Shown one piece after another: positions 60,333 through 64,000 of a DNA stretch of 64,000 bases. The notes beneath the pieces were generated by a model, which was given only the letters and a program-made list of their open reading frames with translations, was not told where the DNA came from and did no database searches. The first letter of the stretch is position 1. The number at the start of each line of letters is the position of its first letter. The position numbers and the translations under genes were made by a program. The stretch is from Mustelus asterias (Eukaryota): assembly GCF_964213995.1 (NCBI RefSeq), contig NC_135803.1:10044001-10108000 (forward strand). The letters run 5' to 3'.

Positions 60333-60646
60333 TGGGCGGCACGGTAGCACAGTGGTTAGCACTGCTGCTCCAGAGTCCCGGGTTCGATTCCCGGCTCGGG
60401 TCACTGTCTGTGTGGAGTTTGCACATTCTCCTCGTGTCTGCGTGGGTTTCCTCCGGGTGCTCCGGTTTCTTCCCACAGTCCAAAGATGTGCAGGTTAGGT
60501 TGATTGGCCAGGTTAAAATTGCCCCTGACATGCGTAGGTTAGAGGGGTTAGCGGGTAAATATGTGAGGGTAGGGCCTGGGTGGGATTGTGGTCGGTGCAG
60601 ACTCGATGGGCCGAATGGCCTCCTTCTGCACTGTAGGGTTTCTATG
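60333..60646 (+). mobile_element. HE1-like SINE (young subfamily)
   Basis: Very similar to the inner SINE at 51769-52113. Confidence 0.88.
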
Positions 60647-61699
60647 TTGTTTTGATTTTGTCCGCCCTGACCAAATACTTTCATGTATCTGGAATCCCCA
60701 GGTCCGAGCTTTAGTTGTTTAATCTTTAGTCCCACTTTCTATATCCTCTCTTGGTCTCACTTTCTCCTCTAACCTCAGCCGCAAGAGGGAAATTTCATAG
60801 AGTACAAACGCTGTCTCCAGATAATTAGTGCTGTCTTCATGATGTCAAATTCATGCTTTCGGCCCAGAGACCTAAACCACTCATGCAAATCGAAGGATTT
60901 AACACTTCCTATTCCACACAGATTATCATCCGAAATTTATGTGCCAATCCCTACTTTATCCCCCATTTCTATTCTCGGCCCGCCCCCCAAAGAGCATTAG
61001 TACACTGAAAAATTAGATGACCCAATGAACTAATATTTCGGTTTGCTGACTCACGACTTATGGGCTTTCTTTCTTAACACTAGCAAAATAAAGTGAATAT
61101 GGGAAATCTGAAATTAAAACCGTAAAAACTAGTCAAAAGCAACGAGTTAGATGGAACCTGTGGAAGAGAGATACAGTTAGCCTTTCCCGTTCATGTCATT
61201 TTACCATGAACAATTCTGGCCGGTTTGAAACCCTAACTATGCGCATTTATCCTATCGCCCTTCTCTGACTCTCTATTTTGCCTTTCTATCTCGCACTCCG
61301 TCTCCGTTTTTCTCTATCTCTGCCTCCTCCACCCCGCCCCCCCCCCCCCCCCCGTTTGCTTTGCTATTCTAAAAACATGGCATTGAAGAACTACTTTCAG
61401 ATTTGCCTGACGTTCAGAAGAAGCCATTTTCCTGCATGTCATGTTATCGCAGCTAATATTCAAGCAAGTGACCCACTGCAATTCATTCTTTAAATAGCGG
61501 ACAATTTCGAACTCTCCCTACTGCAGTTTTCTGTTGAAGTTGCAATTCAGGAGCGTATCAAAATAACGTTTAGCCTCTCTCAGCTACAATGTCTCTATTC
61601 AACCTTTGTTCAGGCTCAATGGTTTTGGTCTGGTTATGTTCTGGGCTGCTGGCCTTGATCTTTTACTTAGATTTTGTTTTCTTCTACAGGATAATTACA

Positions 61700-62058
61700 A
61701 AGAACAAAGAACAAACAAAATTACAGCGCAGGAACAGGCCCTTCGGCCCTCCAAGCCTGCACCGACCATGCTACTCGACTTAACTAAAACACCCTACACT
61801 TCCGGGGACCATATCCCTCTATTCCCATCCTATTCATATATTTGTCAAGACACCCCTTAAAAGTCACTATCGTATCTGCTTCCACTACCTCCCCTGGCAA
61901 CGAGTTCCAGGCACCCACCACCCTCTGTGTAAAAAATCTGCCTCGTAGATCTCCTTTAAACCTTGCCCCTCGCACCTTAAACCTGTGCCCCCTAGTAATT
62001 GACTCTTCCACCCTGGGGAAAAGCTTCTGACTATCCAGAAAAAGCTTCTGATTATCCA
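61700..62058 (-). mobile_element. CR1 LINE 3' end
   Basis: SQKLFPRVEESITRGHRFKVRG...FFTQRVVGAWNSLP with a (TTCTTTG)n tail. Confidence 0.9.
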
Positions 62059-63747
62059 ATTCTGGTAGAAAATTAATGCATTGGTTCTAGTTTTTCGAAA
62101 AGGACAGTCACATCTCGCAAGACGAATAATACTCGAATCAAAAGATGCTCTTGTCTTAGTAACTCTGACCTGCTGCTTGTTTCAAATTGCATTGGTGGTG
62201 TTCTGCTGTTGCTAGTGCAACTTCCATGCCGGAAACACTACTTCTGACGAGCAAAGTCAAACTGCATTATTACCACAGACTGCACACAAATGTGTAAAAC
62301 GATTGCCGAGGGAAACTCAAGCGAGCTTTTTCCGGTAAGTTACACATACATATTTGAGTGCATATCTAAGCACAAAGGGAGCAATGACGAGTTGAGAGCG
62401 GCATCTAGCAAACAAGCAGAGGCAGTGGTGCATGGTGCAATGAAATGATGGGTTACAGATTGCACAGCACTGCCGTTCACCTGAAAAGTTTGCATTTTCT
62501 GGGAAAGTAATTAGAGTGGGTATCGCAAAATATAAAACGCGGCTTTTGCAATCGAGTGTTAATGAGTGATGTCATTTTCTAAAATCACTTGCAATTTGAA
62601 GTATGTTTATGTCAACAAAAATCCCCAAATATTCGCACAATAACCATCTTGATGGTTAGATGTTTAGTTTGGAAATGCCATGCCTCCCATAGTGCAACTT
62701 GAAGGAGATGCGTTAACAAAAAGGCGACAGCAGTTCATGTACATGTGGATTTAATAAGCATAATTTCTAAAATCGGAAAGCAAGGGGTCTAATGTATCTG
62801 ATGTTATAAATAAATCACCAGAATTATAATGGTTACAATTTGTTCAAAAATTCAAATAACCTCTGATTCTCTGAGGTCCGATTTTAACTTTGTAGAAGAG
62901 AATGGTTTTTGAATGAAATAAAATCTCTCTATGCTTCAGTTCGGCCTCAATATTGGTGAATAAACCATTTTGCATTTCGCACCGGGTTCATTAATTTCCC
63001 GAGCAATGTCTCAAAACGAGTAAAAAGGTAAATATATATATCAGTGAGGAGCAGACGTTCGCTCTGTCCTCCTATGTTGGAAAACACGGCGAGGCGGTAC
63101 ACTATCAGAAAATGCTGGAAAATCTCAGCAGGTCTGACAGCATCTGTGGAGAGAGAATAGAGCCAACGTTTCGAGTCTGGATGACCAAAGAGCAAAGAAA
63201 ATAAAATGAAATTTATGCTATGAGGGTGTGGGGAGGGGGCTGTAATAGGACAAAAGAAATGTAAATAGTGATGATGGAGGCTGAGAAAGGTGCTAAGAGT
63301 GTTCAGTCAGTGATCAGAATGCATGAAAGGCAGAACAGAAGTACAGATGTTAAGGACTGCTTGAGGAATGCAGCAGTTGCTCTGAAAAGTGGCGGCATCG
63401 GGGTGGGAGGGGTGGGGCGGGCGGGGGGTGGGGGGGAGTGTGGTTGCAGGGGATGGGTGATGGAGGGGGGGGGGGAGATTGGAGACAGGATGGAGAGTGA
63501 GATTGGAGAAGTGGAAATATAGAAGTAAGAAAGAAATGTGATAAAAATGGATGAATGAGATGAAAGGAAGGACTGAAATAAATTGACTGGAAACGGGGTG
63601 AAGTTGGAGGAGAGACTTCATGCTCTGAGGTTGTTGCAATATATGCGGTGCAATATATTAGGTTACGCATAGAACTAATTCACATCAGATATCTGTGAAG
63701 TATTTGTGAAGTATGAAGTGACAGAATAGGTTACAAGTCTCACTGAC

Positions 63748-63971
63748 CTTTTACATTTTACTGCTTCTGGTTTATTTTGAAAGGAAAGATCCGGAGGATC
63801 AGCATTCAAGTGTACACTGAAAACTCCGCCAATAGCTATGTCACCTTCCTTCGATAGGCCAATCAAGTCGTCAGTCTCCCATTGTTTGCAGCTTGGACCA
63901 TTCTTCATCAGCAAAGAAGCAAGGACGGATAACGGAAAAATGCATGACAAAATGTAATGCATCATTAACAT
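63748..63971 (-). CDS. V2R/OlfC gene D, exon 1
   Basis: MLMMHYILSCIFPLSVLASLLM leader and GDIAIGGVFSVH. Donor AG|GTCAGT, 224 bp. Confidence 0.93.
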
Positions 63972-64000
63972 TCAACCAACCTCTGTTTTTCATAGAGCGA

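Overview
This is eukaryotic (vertebrate) DNA, almost certainly from a shark, judging by the HE1/V-SINE, HER1/CR1, DeuSINE and Penelope repeat content. The window is part of a cluster of V2R/OlfC class-C GPCR chemoreceptor genes with the canonical 6-exon layout (224/292/834/228/124/914 bp). Gene A (+) has exons 2-6 at 1532-9217, with exon 1 upstream of the window. Gene B (-, 35298-21429) and gene D (-, 63971-52503) are complete and in frame, 871 aa each. Between B and D lies a divergent, 5'-truncated pseudogene C (exons 5-6 only, nonsense codon). Most other sequence is repeats: tRNA-derived SINEs with two different tails, CR1, Rex1-like and L2-like LINE fragments, MITEs, an old LTR element, and hairpin Penelope-like elements with hammerhead-ribozyme motifs. 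Three observations stand out. The ligand-binding exons are mosaic among paralogs (A=B in exon 2, B=D in exon 3). A perfect 156-bp hairpin retroelement in gene B intron 5 has a 27-nt copy of the host gene's own intron 4 in its loop. A nested inverted SINE pair sits in gene D's 3' UTR beside a degraded poly(A) signal. No prokaryotic-type system is present. Repeat boundaries are approximate and set by eye.
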